The position numbers and the translations under genes were made by a program. Below the pieces are notes generated by a model, which searched no databases, was not told the origin of the DNA, and was given only the letters and a program-made list of their open reading frames with translations. Source: Candidatus Bathyarchaeota archaeon (GTDB taxonomy: Archaea; Thermoproteota; Bathyarchaeia; Bathyarchaeales; Bathycorpusculaceae). Taken from it: 64,000 nucleotides of DNA. The stretch is taken from the NCBI GenBank assembly GCA_963833575.1, contig CAWHXY010000004.1:256001-320000 (forward strand), written 5' to 3'. Below are positions 48,093-57,551 of the stretch, in pieces; positions within the stretch are counted from its first letter, which is position 1; each line of letters starts with the position of its first letter.

Positions 48093-48920
48093 TCAAGTTA
48101 CATCGTTTGTTTGATACTCAGGCGGTGGGGGTGGAGGCGGAACATCTAACATTTTGTTTTGTTTTCGCTTTCTCACAAATAACCCAACTACGAACGCGGC
48201 GACAACTATAATCGCGACAGATATGGCAATCAAGTATACGGAAACGCCTTGGCTAGAATTGGCTCCTTTTTGTTCTGCAACGTTTGCCAGGTCCAAGTAA
48301 GTAGATACATCCTGAAGAGTAATCAAGGCTTGGGTCCAGTTTCCAGCGTTAGCTTGTGATGGTGCAAGGTCGTAAGCGGCTTGTGCCTGCTGCAGGTATG
48401 ACTTAGCACTGGCAATTTGATAGTGGGTTCTGTTGGCCGTGTTCATTTGATTTTCAACCTGAGTTAACAAAGTGTTGTAGAGTTTTTCTTCGGCTGGACC
48501 AACCTGTATTGTTGAAGATGGAGAATCCCATGAGAAAGTGTTAGATGACGCATCTACACCGTCAACACCGACATAATAGGTGTGTAGACCCTCTGTAACG
48601 TTAGTTGGTATCTGAACTGAAAATGACTCTGAAAGAACTGAGTTGGAGGTTGAAACATAGCCTGGAGTGCTATTCAAGTTAACCCCATAGAAGCCATCTG
48701 TTGGCATCCAGTCAAAATGAATGCCTACGTAGTATATCGTCAGCTCTTGACTGCTCTGGAAAGTCACTTGTGCGCCAATTATGTCGCCACCATAAAAAGT
48801 GGAATTTGCCCAAGTAACGGTCGCTGACGCATCACTTGAGTCAAGAGCAAAAACTAAACCGCTAGAAACAAAAAGCATACTTACGCAAACCGCAATTAGA
48901 ACTATTCCAAGTGATTTCAA
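48093..48920 (-). CDS. Secreted/membrane-anchored protein (Ig-like domain, helical stalk, C-terminal TM, poly-Pro tail)
   Basis: Signal peptide, beta-rich domain, TM helix followed by RKRK, then PPPPPPP. Confidence 0.7.
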   Translation of the reverse strand: MKSLGIVLIAVCVSMLFVSSGLVFALDSSDASATVTWANSTFYGGDIIGAQVTFQSSQELTIYYVGIHFDWMPTDGFYGVNLNSTPGYVSTSNSVLSESFSVQIPTNVTEGLHTYYVGVDGVDASSNTFSWDSPSSTIQVGPAEEKLYNTLLTQVENQMNTANRTHYQIASAKSYLQQAQAAYDLAPSQANAGNWTQALITLQDVSTYLDLANVAEQKGANSSQGVSVYLIAISVAIIVVAAFVVGLFVRKRKQNKMLDVPPPPPPPEYQTNDVT

Positions 48921-49109
48921 CGGGAATCTCCTCTCTCACTACCGCTAACTCTACAAACTATATAATTTTTTGCCGTGAATTGCTACCGATAACCGATTAA
49001 GAAATCTATCACAAAAACTTCTTTTTGTACGCTTGCTATTGAGAATAACTCTTAAGATCTTAAAGCTCCAATGACTCCGTCAAAGATAACGAACGCTTAT
49101 TCAAGAAAG

Positions 49110-49172
49110 AAAAAAAGGCTCTTTGCGAGTGACATATCCACTCTGACTTCGTCTAAGTCCACCCAAGTCCAC
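49110..49172 (+). repeat. att-like repeat copy 4 (most degenerate)
   Basis: AAAAAAAGGCTCTTTGCGAGTGACATATC...AAGTCCACCCAAGTCCAC; the end matches tRNA-Ala AGTCCAC. Confidence 0.58.
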
Positions 49173-49184
49173 TTTCATGTTCTC

Positions 49185-49358
49185 TTAAATCTTTCTTTGT
49201 TTCTGAATAATTCTCAACGCAAAGAAGAGAGTGAACAAGAGTGCTAGAAAAACCACAAACCACACTGCAAAGATTTCACCAGTAAGCAAGTAGGTGGTTA
49301 CTATTACCAAAAGCAACACTAAAAGAAGAATTACCATAAGTTTCATACGTAGATCCAT
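49185..49358 (-). CDS. 57-aa two-TM microprotein
   Basis: Manual translation MDLRMKLMVILLLVLLLVIVTTYLLTGEIFAVWFVVFLALLFTLFFALRIIQKQRKI; GAGGA upstream. Confidence 0.55.
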   Translation of the reverse strand: MDLRMKLMVILLLVLLLVIVTTYLLTGEIFAVWFVVFLALLFTLFFALRIIQKQRKI

Positions 49359-49510
49359 ATCTTCTTCCTCAAATCGTCTATTCTCTGTTTTATGGATTTA
49401 AGACTTTAGAAAATAGAATATGTCATAATAATTCATACATTTTGAAACCGAATGTATGTAGGTATGAAAATTATATTTATCTATGAAAAATTGTTTGTTG
49501 ATTAAGGGTT

Positions 49511-49675
49511 TTAGAATTTCTTGACTTCTAATTTTACGATTTTGTGGCAGTTTAAGCATTTTGTATAAACTAGTTCAAATCCTTTGAGTATGTCAAAGTT
49601 TCTTTGTGTATACAATCTCTGGTTTCCATGTTCACAAGTTACTTGCCTAAAATAAACTATGTTGTCCTCTTCCAT
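49511..49675 (-). CDS. 54-aa putative zinc-ribbon microprotein
   Basis: Manual translation MEEDNIVYFRQVTCEHGNQRLYTQRNFDILKGFELVYTKCLNCHKIVKLEVKKF (CxH...CxxC); AGGAG upstream. Confidence 0.55.
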   Translation of the reverse strand: MEEDNIVYFRQVTCEHGNQRLYTQRNFDILKGFELVYTKCLNCHKIVKLEVKKF

Positions 49676-49822
49676 TAGTCTCCTTTCCTCGCTAATGTGA
49701 GAAGTTCTCCTTTCTCCTCAAACAAGGAAGTGCTGTTTAATGCTTAAAAGGGATATTTCGAAATCCGAAATATGTCAGCTGATTTTGAAGACTGAAAGCT
49801 AAGTCAGTTTCTTCCTTCGCGC

Positions 49823-50794
49823 TTAGCCTTTGACGATTGGGCTTCCGTTCTTGTAGGAGCATTGGATGCCGTATTTTTTTACGCATGCAAGGCATAGCAC
49901 TGGGTCGCACAAGCTTGTGCTTAGGTATTTCTCGCCTCCATCGGGGGCAATAGCCACTAAAACTCCTTCTGAAAGCTCTTTTGCCTTTTGAAGGGCAACA
50001 TGGAAAATTGCTCCAGAGCTAGGTCCAACGAAAAGCGCTTCTTCCAGAGCCAAAAGCCTAGCAGCCTCATCAGCGGTCTTGGGATTAACATAATGCACTT
50101 CGTCGACTAGCTCTTTGTTCCAGATGGCGGGTACGTACTGAGTTTTTAAATCTTTTAAGCCTTGAATTGCTGTTCCTACTTCAGGCTGGACAGCGATTAT
50201 TTTCACGTGGGGGTTGTGCTCTTTTAGTCGTTTTGAGACTCCCATGAGTGTGCCTGACGTTCCGATTCCCCCGAAGAAGTGAGTTATCTGCCCGTTTGTA
50301 TCTCGCCAGATTTCTTCGCCAGTGGTTTCGTAATGTGCCAAAACGTTTGATTGGCTAGCGAACTGATTGGGCAAAAAATAATTTTCCGGGTTCTTGCTAA
50401 CCATCTCATGAGCTAAGTCTTCGGCTCCATCCATACCCTTGGGTCCATCGCTTAACACGATTTTGGCGCCAAGCGAAATTAGGATTTGACGTCTCTCAAG
50501 CGTCATCGTCTCAGGCATAACCAAAACAAGGTCATAACTCTTAGCGCGACAAACCAAAGCCAACCCGATACCCGTATTTCCGCTAGTTGGTTCTATAACG
50601 GTTTTTCTATGGTTAAGCTGCCCAGATTTTTCTGCCTGCTCAATCATGTATTTTGCAATACGGTCCTTAACTGAGCCTCCCGGGTTGCACTTTTCTAGCT
50701 TAACAAACAACTTGACTTCAGGATTAGAATTTAGGCGTCGTATTTCGACCAGAGGAGTGTTGCCGATAAGATCGAGAACAGTTTTGACAGTCAA
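49823..50794 (-). CDS. cysK: Cysteine synthase (CysK/CysM family, PLP-dependent)
   Basis: IGNTPLV, NPGGSVKDRIA, EPTSGNTGIGLA, GIGTSGT, PDGGEKYLST. Confidence 0.92.
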   Translation of the reverse strand: MTVKTVLDLIGNTPLVEIRRLNSNPEVKLFVKLEKCNPGGSVKDRIAKYMIEQAEKSGQLNHRKTVIEPTSGNTGIGLALVCRAKSYDLVLVMPETMTLERRQILISLGAKIVLSDGPKGMDGAEDLAHEMVSKNPENYFLPNQFASQSNVLAHYETTGEEIWRDTNGQITHFFGGIGTSGTLMGVSKRLKEHNPHVKIIAVQPEVGTAIQGLKDLKTQYVPAIWNKELVDEVHYVNPKTADEAARLLALEEALFVGPSSGAIFHVALQKAKELSEGVLVAIAPDGGEKYLSTSLCDPVLCLACVKKYGIQCSYKNGSPIVKG

Positions 50795-50893
50795 GTAAAT
50801 GCACCCTAAACATGTAAGATAGTTTAAAGGAACTATAAATCATGTGCTTGCAAAAATAGAAAGATTAGTTTAAATTTAAAGCAAACACTGTTT

Positions 50894-51502
50894 TTGTATA
50901 TGAGTAAACAGTTGAAAAGATGCTGGAATACGGATGAACCGCTATACATCAAGTATCATGATGAAGAGTGGGGTGTTCCGTTACATGATGATAAAAAACT
51001 TTTCGAATTCTTGATTCTAGATGGTTTCCAAGCTGGTTTGTCGTGGTGGCTGATTCTTAAGAGACGAAACGAACTGAGAAAAGCATTTGACAATTTTGAT
51101 CCTGAAAAAATGGCAAAATACTCATCCGACGACGTTGCACGCTTATTGAATGCACCCGGCGTAATCAAAAACAAATCCAAAATCTCTTCAGCTATTAACA
51201 ACGCCAAACAGTTTCTAAAGCTTCAAATAGAATTCGGTTCATTTGACGCCTTCATTTGGCAATTTGTAAAAGGAAAAACAATCAACAATAAATTCACTTC
51301 TTTTTCAAACGTCCCAGCTGAAACGGAAGAATCTAGGGCCATGAGCAAAGAATTGAAGAAAAAAGGATTCAAGTTTGTTGGACCTACAATATGTTATGCT
51401 TTTATGCAGGCAGCCGGTATGGTGAACGACCATTTAGTTGACTGCTTTCGATATAAAGAAATCGTGAAAACTAAAACCAACGTGTCTCATTCTCCTAAGT
51501 AA
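50894..51502 (+). CDS. tag: DNA-3-methyladenine glycosylase I
   Basis: RCW, YHDEEWGVP, FQAGLSW..IL, GFKFVGPTICYAFMQA.GMVNDH..C. Confidence 0.95.
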   Translation: MYMSKQLKRCWNTDEPLYIKYHDEEWGVPLHDDKKLFEFLILDGFQAGLSWWLILKRRNELRKAFDNFDPEKMAKYSSDDVARLLNAPGVIKNKSKISSAINNAKQFLKLQIEFGSFDAFIWQFVKGKTINNKFTSFSNVPAETEESRAMSKELKKKGFKFVGPTICYAFMQAAGMVNDHLVDCFRYKEIVKTKTNVSHSPK

Positions 51503-51602
51503 TTGAATATCTGAAATTGATCCATTTTCATTTTCAGGGCAAGATTTTATTTTCATTTTCAAGCATGGTATTAGATCATATAATCGAAAGTGGTGGTTTC
51601 AC

Positions 51603-52142
51603 ATGGTAAACAATTCGACTACAAACAAGGGTTGGTTTATCAAAGGATTAGGTGCAAAAGGGCCTGATCCGAACTTGAAAGAGAAATTAATGCTCTTTGG
51701 CCAGTTCATTGGCGATTGGAATATTGTCGAAGCCCACTATACGCAAGCCGACGGAACTGAAGTCAAAATGAAAGGAGAGGTTCATTTTGGATGGATCCTT
51801 GGTGGGACAGCAATACAGGATGTTTGGATGGGCTGCCGAGAAGGTTCTCGAAAAGTCACTCTTTTCGGGACAACTATTCGATTCTATGAGCCTAAGATAG
51901 ATGCTTGGCGCAGCACTTGGCTCTTTCCCATCAAAGGTCTTGTGCAAACTTTCATTGCTCGAAAGGTCGATGACGAGATTGTTCTCGAGAGCAAGACTGA
52001 TGAAGGTTACCCAGAAAAATGGATATTCTCTCAAATTACACCAAATTCTTTCAGATGGCATTCCCAGGAAACACATGATAACGGTAAAACTTGGCAGCTT
52101 ACAGAGGAAATGCAAATCCAAAAGGCTGAAGCAAACCGGTAG
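51603..52142 (+). CDS. Hypothetical beta-barrel protein (DUF1579-like)
   Basis: FGQFIG.W, F.W.L.G.AIQDVW, GTTIR.Y, W.FS.IT..SF.W, D.GKTW. Confidence 0.6.
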   Translation: MVNNSTTNKGWFIKGLGAKGPDPNLKEKLMLFGQFIGDWNIVEAHYTQADGTEVKMKGEVHFGWILGGTAIQDVWMGCREGSRKVTLFGTTIRFYEPKIDAWRSTWLFPIKGLVQTFIARKVDDEIVLESKTDEGYPEKWIFSQITPNSFRWHSQETHDNGKTWQLTEEMQIQKAEANR

Positions 52143-52199
52143 CTTTCCGATTGTAAGTTAATTAAGTCAAACAAAGAGTATATTTAAGGGGCTAAGGCA

Positions 52200-52628
52200 G
52201 TGAAAATCAGCTATGAAAAATCTGAGAAGCCTTCTTCATCAAAAGTAACTGTTGGTTCAATAGCCAGAATGCCTGTTCCAACCGTTGATCCTTCAGATCA
52301 TGTTTCTAAAATTGCTTCACTTATGGTAAATTGTAACATAGGTGCCGTTATTGTCATGCGAGAAACCGAACCTTTAGGCATAGTCACGGAGAAAGATCTT
52401 ATACGAAAAGTAATATACGCGCATAAAAACGCTCAAGATATCGTCGCCCAGGAAATAATGAAGGCACCATTGATAACAATATCGTGGGATAGGACCATTG
52501 AGGAGGCACTCGAAATTATGCAACATAATGGCGTGAGAAGATTGGTAGTTCTCAAGGGCGAGAGCATGGTTGGTCTATTAACTGAGAGACGACTCTTGCA
52601 TGCAAAATTATCAAACGAACCTAAATGA
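52200..52628 (+). CDS. CBS-domain pair protein
   Basis: IGAVIV, GIVTEKDL, EIMKAPLITI, VRRLVV, GLLTE. Confidence 0.88.
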   Translation: MKISYEKSEKPSSSKVTVGSIARMPVPTVDPSDHVSKIASLMVNCNIGAVIVMRETEPLGIVTEKDLIRKVIYAHKNAQDIVAQEIMKAPLITISWDRTIEEALEIMQHNGVRRLVVLKGESMVGLLTERRLLHAKLSNEPK

Positions 52629-52743
52629 AACTTAAGAATTTGTGCTGACCAAGTGTTTTGATAGATATTGTGACGCGGTCAAATTTGTATTTGAACCAAA
52701 CTTAAAACAGCGGAATTTGCCGAGAAATAAGTGGTAAAATGAG

Positions 52744-53064
52744 TTGAATCTCTTGTCAAAAATCTATAATAATCCTGAGGTCCCAATCGAAGTGAAAACT
52801 GGTGAATTCTTCACCATTTCATTGGAGTCGAATCCTACAACAGGGTTCATATGGGATGCGAAATATGATTCTACACTCATCGAAGAGCTCAAATCAAAAA
52901 GTTTTATTCCAATTTCCAAAGCATTGGGTGCCGAAGGTAAAGAATTATTTGAGTTCCAGTCAAAAAAAGTAGGTCACACTTTCATTACTATGAAATATAA
53001 AAGGTCTTGGGAGAACGAAACACCGCGGAAAACGTTGATTTTCAAAGTCGAAGTTAAAGAATAG
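52744..53064 (+). CDS. Chagasin-family (I42) cysteine protease inhibitor
   Basis: Signature loops L.SNPTTGF.W, GA.G.E.F.F, Y.R.WE. Confidence 0.88.
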   Translation: MNLLSKIYNNPEVPIEVKTGEFFTISLESNPTTGFIWDAKYDSTLIEELKSKSFIPISKALGAEGKELFEFQSKKVGHTFITMKYKRSWENETPRKTLIFKVEVKE

Positions 53065-53214
53065 GGTTTTTGAAGAAATCGAGACAGTGGATTGAGTGTA
53101 AGAATCGATTGAAGGTCAATTGTTTCTCAATTCTAAAGAAAAATGATTTGTAGAAAAGGCTTAAAAGTTCAGACATCATTAAACGCTTGTAGAGTTTTTA
53201 GGGGAAATACAAAC

Positions 53215-53979
53215 ATGTCTATGAAAATTCAGAGATATGGTTGGATTCCAGATCTGCCGGATCATCGAGACTATATGTTTGCTGCTGCGCCTGAATTCCT
53301 TACCAAACTTCCGCCAAGTTACGATTTGACAAGCCTGTGCCCCCCTGTCTATGATCAAGGCCAATTGGGAAGTTGCACTGCAAATGCTATTGCAGCTGCA
53401 GTCGAGTTTGATTTAATGAAACAGAAACAGAAGAATATTTTTGTTCCATCGAGACTTTTCATATACTATAATGAGCGTGTCATTGAAGGTACGGTGGCTT
53501 CAGATTCTGGTGCTCAAATCAGAGACGGCATTAAGAGCATAGCAGCACAAGGTGACTGCCCTGAAAAGCTTTGGCCCTATGTCATCGCTAAGTTTGCGGT
53601 TAAGCCATCAACAAATTGCTACAGCCAAGCCAAGAAATACAAGGCGATTAATTATCAGAGACTTGTTCAAGATCTCAACCAGTTTAAGGGATGCTTGTAT
53701 TCGGGCTACCCATTTGTTTTTGGATTTACTGTCTATGAAAGCTTTGAAAGCCAAACGGTTGCTCAAACTGGTCACGCACCTATGCCAGCACCCGAAGAAA
53801 GATCATTAGGGGGACATGCTGTAATGGCAGTTGGATACGACGATTCAAACCAGTGGTTTACAGTTAGGAATTCTTGGGGGAACAACTGGGGAATGAAAGG
53901 TTACTTCACTCTGCCCTATGCATATTTTCTCAATGACAATCTTTCGAGCGACTTTTGGACGATACGCGTGGTAACATAA
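53215..53979 (+). CDS. Papain-family (C1A) cysteine peptidase, xylellain-like
   Basis: YGWIPDLPDHRD, DQGQLGSCTANA (catalytic Cys), SRLFIYYNER, GGHAV (His), RNSWG..WG..GYF (Asn). Confidence 0.93.
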   Translation: MSMKIQRYGWIPDLPDHRDYMFAAAPEFLTKLPPSYDLTSLCPPVYDQGQLGSCTANAIAAAVEFDLMKQKQKNIFVPSRLFIYYNERVIEGTVASDSGAQIRDGIKSIAAQGDCPEKLWPYVIAKFAVKPSTNCYSQAKKYKAINYQRLVQDLNQFKGCLYSGYPFVFGFTVYESFESQTVAQTGHAPMPAPEERSLGGHAVMAVGYDDSNQWFTVRNSWGNNWGMKGYFTLPYAYFLNDNLSSDFWTIRVVT

Positions 53980-54142
53980 AACAATCTTCCATTTCTTTTT
54001 TTCCCATTTTGTTTAATCCCAGTTCCTTCGCTTGTTTTTTGATGGTTTTCAGTCTATCTGTACTACAAGTTTATCAAAAATCATTGCTGGGCAAAGCTTA
54101 AAGACAAAGATCCCCGCAAACTAGAGATATTGAGTAGGTAGC

Positions 54143-54733
54143 ATGCAGGCGTTAAGTATTGTTTTAGTATTAATCAGCATCGGAACCATGGTAGGACCAA
54201 TTGCAGGAGCTGTAATAATCTATAGAGATAATTTGTCTCAACTTGTTGTTCCGCCACAAATCAACAACCTCATCAATAATAACGACGGCAATAGCAATAA
54301 TAACAATAATAATGGCAACGTTGGAAGCGGAAATTTCGGTGTGGGTAATAGTGGCGGAGGATTTCCAACACCAACCTTGGTAAATGAACAAATTAACCTT
54401 GAAGCAAAAACCTTCACTGTTACCTTTAACGTGACAAATAGTTTCAATTATGATTTAACCGTAAATTCATTGAACGCTACCGTAGAAAGTAGCCAAGACC
54501 ACTATCAACTAGGAACAATCAGTTTGGGCTCGCCCGTTACAATAGTTGCTAATCAGAGTTCACTAGTAACAGTTTCAGGGGCATGGACACAGGAAGCAGT
54601 AGATCACGTACAAAATAATTTTCCAGACGCTACATCGATTAACGTTGACTTAGCCTACGTAACGATAGATGTAAATGGCATAATAATTCAACAAACTCAA
54701 CCGATAAACGTAGGCGAGATTCCTCTAACTTGA
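54143..54733 (+). CDS. Membrane-anchored Asn-rich beta-sandwich protein, hypothetical
   Basis: N-terminal TM helix, poly-Asn linker, F.VTN.F.YDLTV beta-rich domain. Confidence 0.65.
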   Translation: MQALSIVLVLISIGTMVGPIAGAVIIYRDNLSQLVVPPQINNLINNNDGNSNNNNNNGNVGSGNFGVGNSGGGFPTPTLVNEQINLEAKTFTVTFNVTNSFNYDLTVNSLNATVESSQDHYQLGTISLGSPVTIVANQSSLVTVSGAWTQEAVDHVQNNFPDATSINVDLAYVTIDVNGIIIQQTQPINVGEIPLT

Positions 54734-54737
54734 ACCG

Positions 54738-55358
54738 GTGTGCCTGATGCTAAAAGAAATAGCGTTAAACAAAATTAACATAATTGCCATGACTGCGGGA
54801 ATTTCCACTCTATTATTAATAGCAATTTCAGTTTTTGTCCCCTGGTGGCAATTCACTGTTGGAAAACCAACAATCGCACTAATTAGTTTCTCACCAGTAA
54901 ACTTCAACCTTATGCTCTTGGGAAACTCAATGGCAATACCGTTGATTTGGGCGACTAATCTAGCATGTTTTCTAACGTTGCTTTCTGGCGGGATCATAAT
55001 GTTAATTTATTCTTTGAAACCAAACAAATCTTACTCAAAAAAACTACTTGGATTTGGATATAAACAACCGGTGTTTTCAGTCATACTCTTTGTCGTCGAA
55101 TTAATTGCTTTGACCATAGTCGCAAATAGCGTTGCAGGATTTAATGTTCCTATACAAGGCGCAGGTGTACTCCAGATTCCACAATCAATAACCCAGGGAA
55201 GCGGCGTAAACATATCAGTCAACGTTTTGGCAGCTTTAGAGTGGCCATTCTACTTTGGGATTATCGTGGCAGGATTATGCATTACGGCTCGGCTCTACCA
55301 ACCAAAAAAATTAGCAGTTGTAGAACCTTCTGCACCTATTGTGGCTATGAAAAATTAA
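54738..55358 (+). CDS. Four-TM membrane protein, hypothetical
   Basis: Four hydrophobic segments and a PWW motif; directly follows the previous gene. Confidence 0.65.
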   Translation: MCLMLKEIALNKINIIAMTAGISTLLLIAISVFVPWWQFTVGKPTIALISFSPVNFNLMLLGNSMAIPLIWATNLACFLTLLSGGIIMLIYSLKPNKSYSKKLLGFGYKQPVFSVILFVVELIALTIVANSVAGFNVPIQGAGVLQIPQSITQGSGVNISVNVLAALEWPFYFGIIVAGLCITARLYQPKKLAVVEPSAPIVAMKN

Positions 55359-55426
55359 CTAACCTACGCCTTCCTTTTTTTACTCTATTTAGGTTAAAAA
55401 TTCAATGCGGTCAGCTCAAATTTGCC

Positions 55427-56665
55427 TCAATCATTTATTGCATTTGTTTTTTGTTGTTCTAGCCAGTTCCTTGATTTCATAACAGTTTTTCCAGCAAACT
55501 TCAATTCCAATGCATCTTCATAAGGACAGATTTCAACACATCTTGCGCAGAGCATGCATCGTGATTCAGTTACATCGCCCCCTTTCTTTTCATAAACGTC
55601 CGTTGCTCCAGTTGGACAAACACGCTTACAGACCCCACATTTAGTGCATTTCTCCTCGTTCTTGGTCAATTTTGTCAAAGCAATTTGTTTGAAGGGTGTA
55701 AAACTGCTAAATAGCGCTGTTAATGCGCCGAGGGGACAGATTCGACACCAGAATCGCCTAAAGATTAGAGCAACAATTGTGACTGCTATCAGGATGGCTA
55801 AGTTTAGCGATGTAATGTAGTAGCCACTTATCCAGAGTGGGCCGTAGGCTATCTGGGAGATGTATGACCACTTCATTGAGCCTATTCCAGCCAAGATTAA
55901 GATGCAAAGGGGTCGCATGGGGCAAACTAAACAGAAGGGCTCGTTGAGGGCACCAACATTTCCTGCTTCGGTTCCTTCTGGTCCGCCGGGTCTAGTGCCG
56001 GGAACAATTTGAGTGCCGAAAATCGCATAAGAAGCAAAAATAACACTGAGAATCAAAAAAACGGCAATAATGATATATCGTGATTGGCCAAGCGCCGTGT
56101 TTGTTTTTTCAGAAAAACGTAAATGACGTATTCGTGTAGCTTTTCGAATTCGTGTCAAAACATCCTGATACAAGCCAAAGGGACATAGCCAACCGCAGAA
56201 AAATCTACCCGCTATAATAGCTGCAACAGCTACCATACCCAAAACTATACCGATTTTTTCCAAGCCAGAAGTTGAATAGATTACTTCATAGCCTCTCGGA
56301 TAGTTCCAAAATGGAAAAATGTAAGCTTGCAGTTGCCATATTGGACAAGTAACCGTTCGCCCATTAGGATAGTAACATGCCAAAATGGGGATAGAAAATC
56401 CGTCTGGAAACTGGTTTCCAAGTAAATTTGTTCCAACCAACGCACTTCGCGGCGAAGGACCCAAAGGAGCAAACAACGGCTGATTAAATGGACCTATAAT
56501 GAGCCCCATAAAGACGGCAAATACAGCGACTATTTGAATAAAAAGCCTAAGAGAACTAACTTTTTTCGTTTTGTCATGAGTTAATTTATAGATAAGTAAA
56601 ACTCCGACGATGACAATTGCCACGTAAACGGGTAATACGATACTAATCGGAGTTTCTGTAATCAT
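55427..56665 (-). CDS. Membrane-bound 4Fe-4S binding protein (NapH/MauN-like polyferredoxin)
   Basis: GRFFCGWLCPFG, FCLVCP, RFWCRICPLG, CTKCGVCKRVCP, CMLCARCVEICP. Confidence 0.9.
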   Translation of the reverse strand: MITETPISIVLPVYVAIVIVGVLLIYKLTHDKTKKVSSLRLFIQIVAVFAVFMGLIIGPFNQPLFAPLGPSPRSALVGTNLLGNQFPDGFSIPILACYYPNGRTVTCPIWQLQAYIFPFWNYPRGYEVIYSTSGLEKIGIVLGMVAVAAIIAGRFFCGWLCPFGLYQDVLTRIRKATRIRHLRFSEKTNTALGQSRYIIIAVFLILSVIFASYAIFGTQIVPGTRPGGPEGTEAGNVGALNEPFCLVCPMRPLCILILAGIGSMKWSYISQIAYGPLWISGYYITSLNLAILIAVTIVALIFRRFWCRICPLGALTALFSSFTPFKQIALTKLTKNEEKCTKCGVCKRVCPTGATDVYEKKGGDVTESRCMLCARCVEICPYEDALELKFAGKTVMKSRNWLEQQKTNAIND

Positions 56666-57423
56666 CTTTGCACTTCTTCCTCGCGATATTTTAATGCTGG
56701 GCTTGGCTTCTTAGACTTCACCAATTCGTCATTGTTCGGAGACTTTGTTTCTCTCACTTTGATTACAACAGATGCAGCAACCACAACCGACAATGAAACA
56801 ATTATTGCAAGCGCCACTGAATGCTGCTGATAGAAAGGCAAGTTTGAACCCATAGTACTGCTATCGAAAAAAGCCCAGTGGATAATACTGACATTTCCTG
56901 ATGACGCGCCGTTGACAAAAATTGTCCCATCTGGCGAAATTGTCCATTCTTGCCCTTCGGGTAAAAACACAAAATTATTACCCACTATAACGCTCCAATC
57001 GACTGCAGTAAATGTCTCTCCCGCGGTGGCTTGGCCAAAATTGAAAACCTGTTTGCCTTGACCTTCAAGCGTATATAGTAGCAAAGAGCTCCGGCGCGTA
57101 AAATTGAGAGCCGAGTAAAAATCAATTGTAATGTTTGAATTTTGGGCTGAAACTGTAAAATTTTGAAGTGTCTGTGATCCAAGGAGATTTAGATTTGTAA
57201 AAGTCCAAGAGTCATTTTCAAGTATTGCTTTGGAATAAGTACCATTGACTGCGAAGCTTACAGTGCCATTGTAGAGGGGGATGTTGAATTTTTCTGTTGG
57301 GGTAAGAGTTAGGGTATTTTGTGCTTGCGTAATAGGATAAATCCATGGGGAAAACGAGAGAATAATAATTATGGTAACTCCAACTGAAACTTTGCTATTT
57401 ATTGTTACCATACCCCAAGCCAC
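56662..57423 (-). CDS. Secreted/membrane-anchored hypothetical protein
   Basis: Signal peptide, N/S/T-rich beta domain, C-terminal TM helix; 4-nt overlap with the polyferredoxin gene. Confidence 0.65.
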   Translation of the reverse strand: MAWGMVTINSKVSVGVTIIIILSFSPWIYPITQAQNTLTLTPTEKFNIPLYNGTVSFAVNGTYSKAILENDSWTFTNLNLLGSQTLQNFTVSAQNSNITIDFYSALNFTRRSSLLLYTLEGQGKQVFNFGQATAGETFTAVDWSVIVGNNFVFLPEGQEWTISPDGTIFVNGASSGNVSIIHWAFFDSSTMGSNLPFYQQHSVALAIIVSLSVVVAASVVIKVRETKSPNNDELVKSKKPSPALKYREEEVQR

Positions 57424-57551
57424 GTTTCACAATAATAAATTACCATGTTAAGCTATAAGAGTTTTCTAGAAGCATGGTGATGACTCCGCAGATAAGAAAA
57501 TGTGGATTTATCCGTTTTGCCTATTAATAAGAAATGCTAGATGAAAGTTAA

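Larger units (their letters stand above)
39121..49172. mobile_element. Decayed composite island integrated at tRNA-Ala(TGC)
   Basis: Integrase relic next to the tRNA, four att-like repeats, near-exact duplication of the tRNA 3' end at 46089-46109, low gene density and accessory cargo. Confidence 0.7.

Noticed and set aside
39461-49172. The repeats considered as a CRISPR array or classic attC sites
   Set aside because: Spacing is kilobases and irregular, there are no cas genes, and no attC-type R''/R' palindromes were seen. The repeats carry tRNA 3' ends instead.
49746-49776. AAAAGGGATATTTCG as a fifth att-like copy
   Set aside because: It lacks the GCGAGTGA core and any following tRNA-like fragment.
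54270-54320. AAT/AAC microsatellite-like run
   Set aside because: It encodes an imperfect poly-Asn linker in frame; there is no sign of a phase-variable tract.
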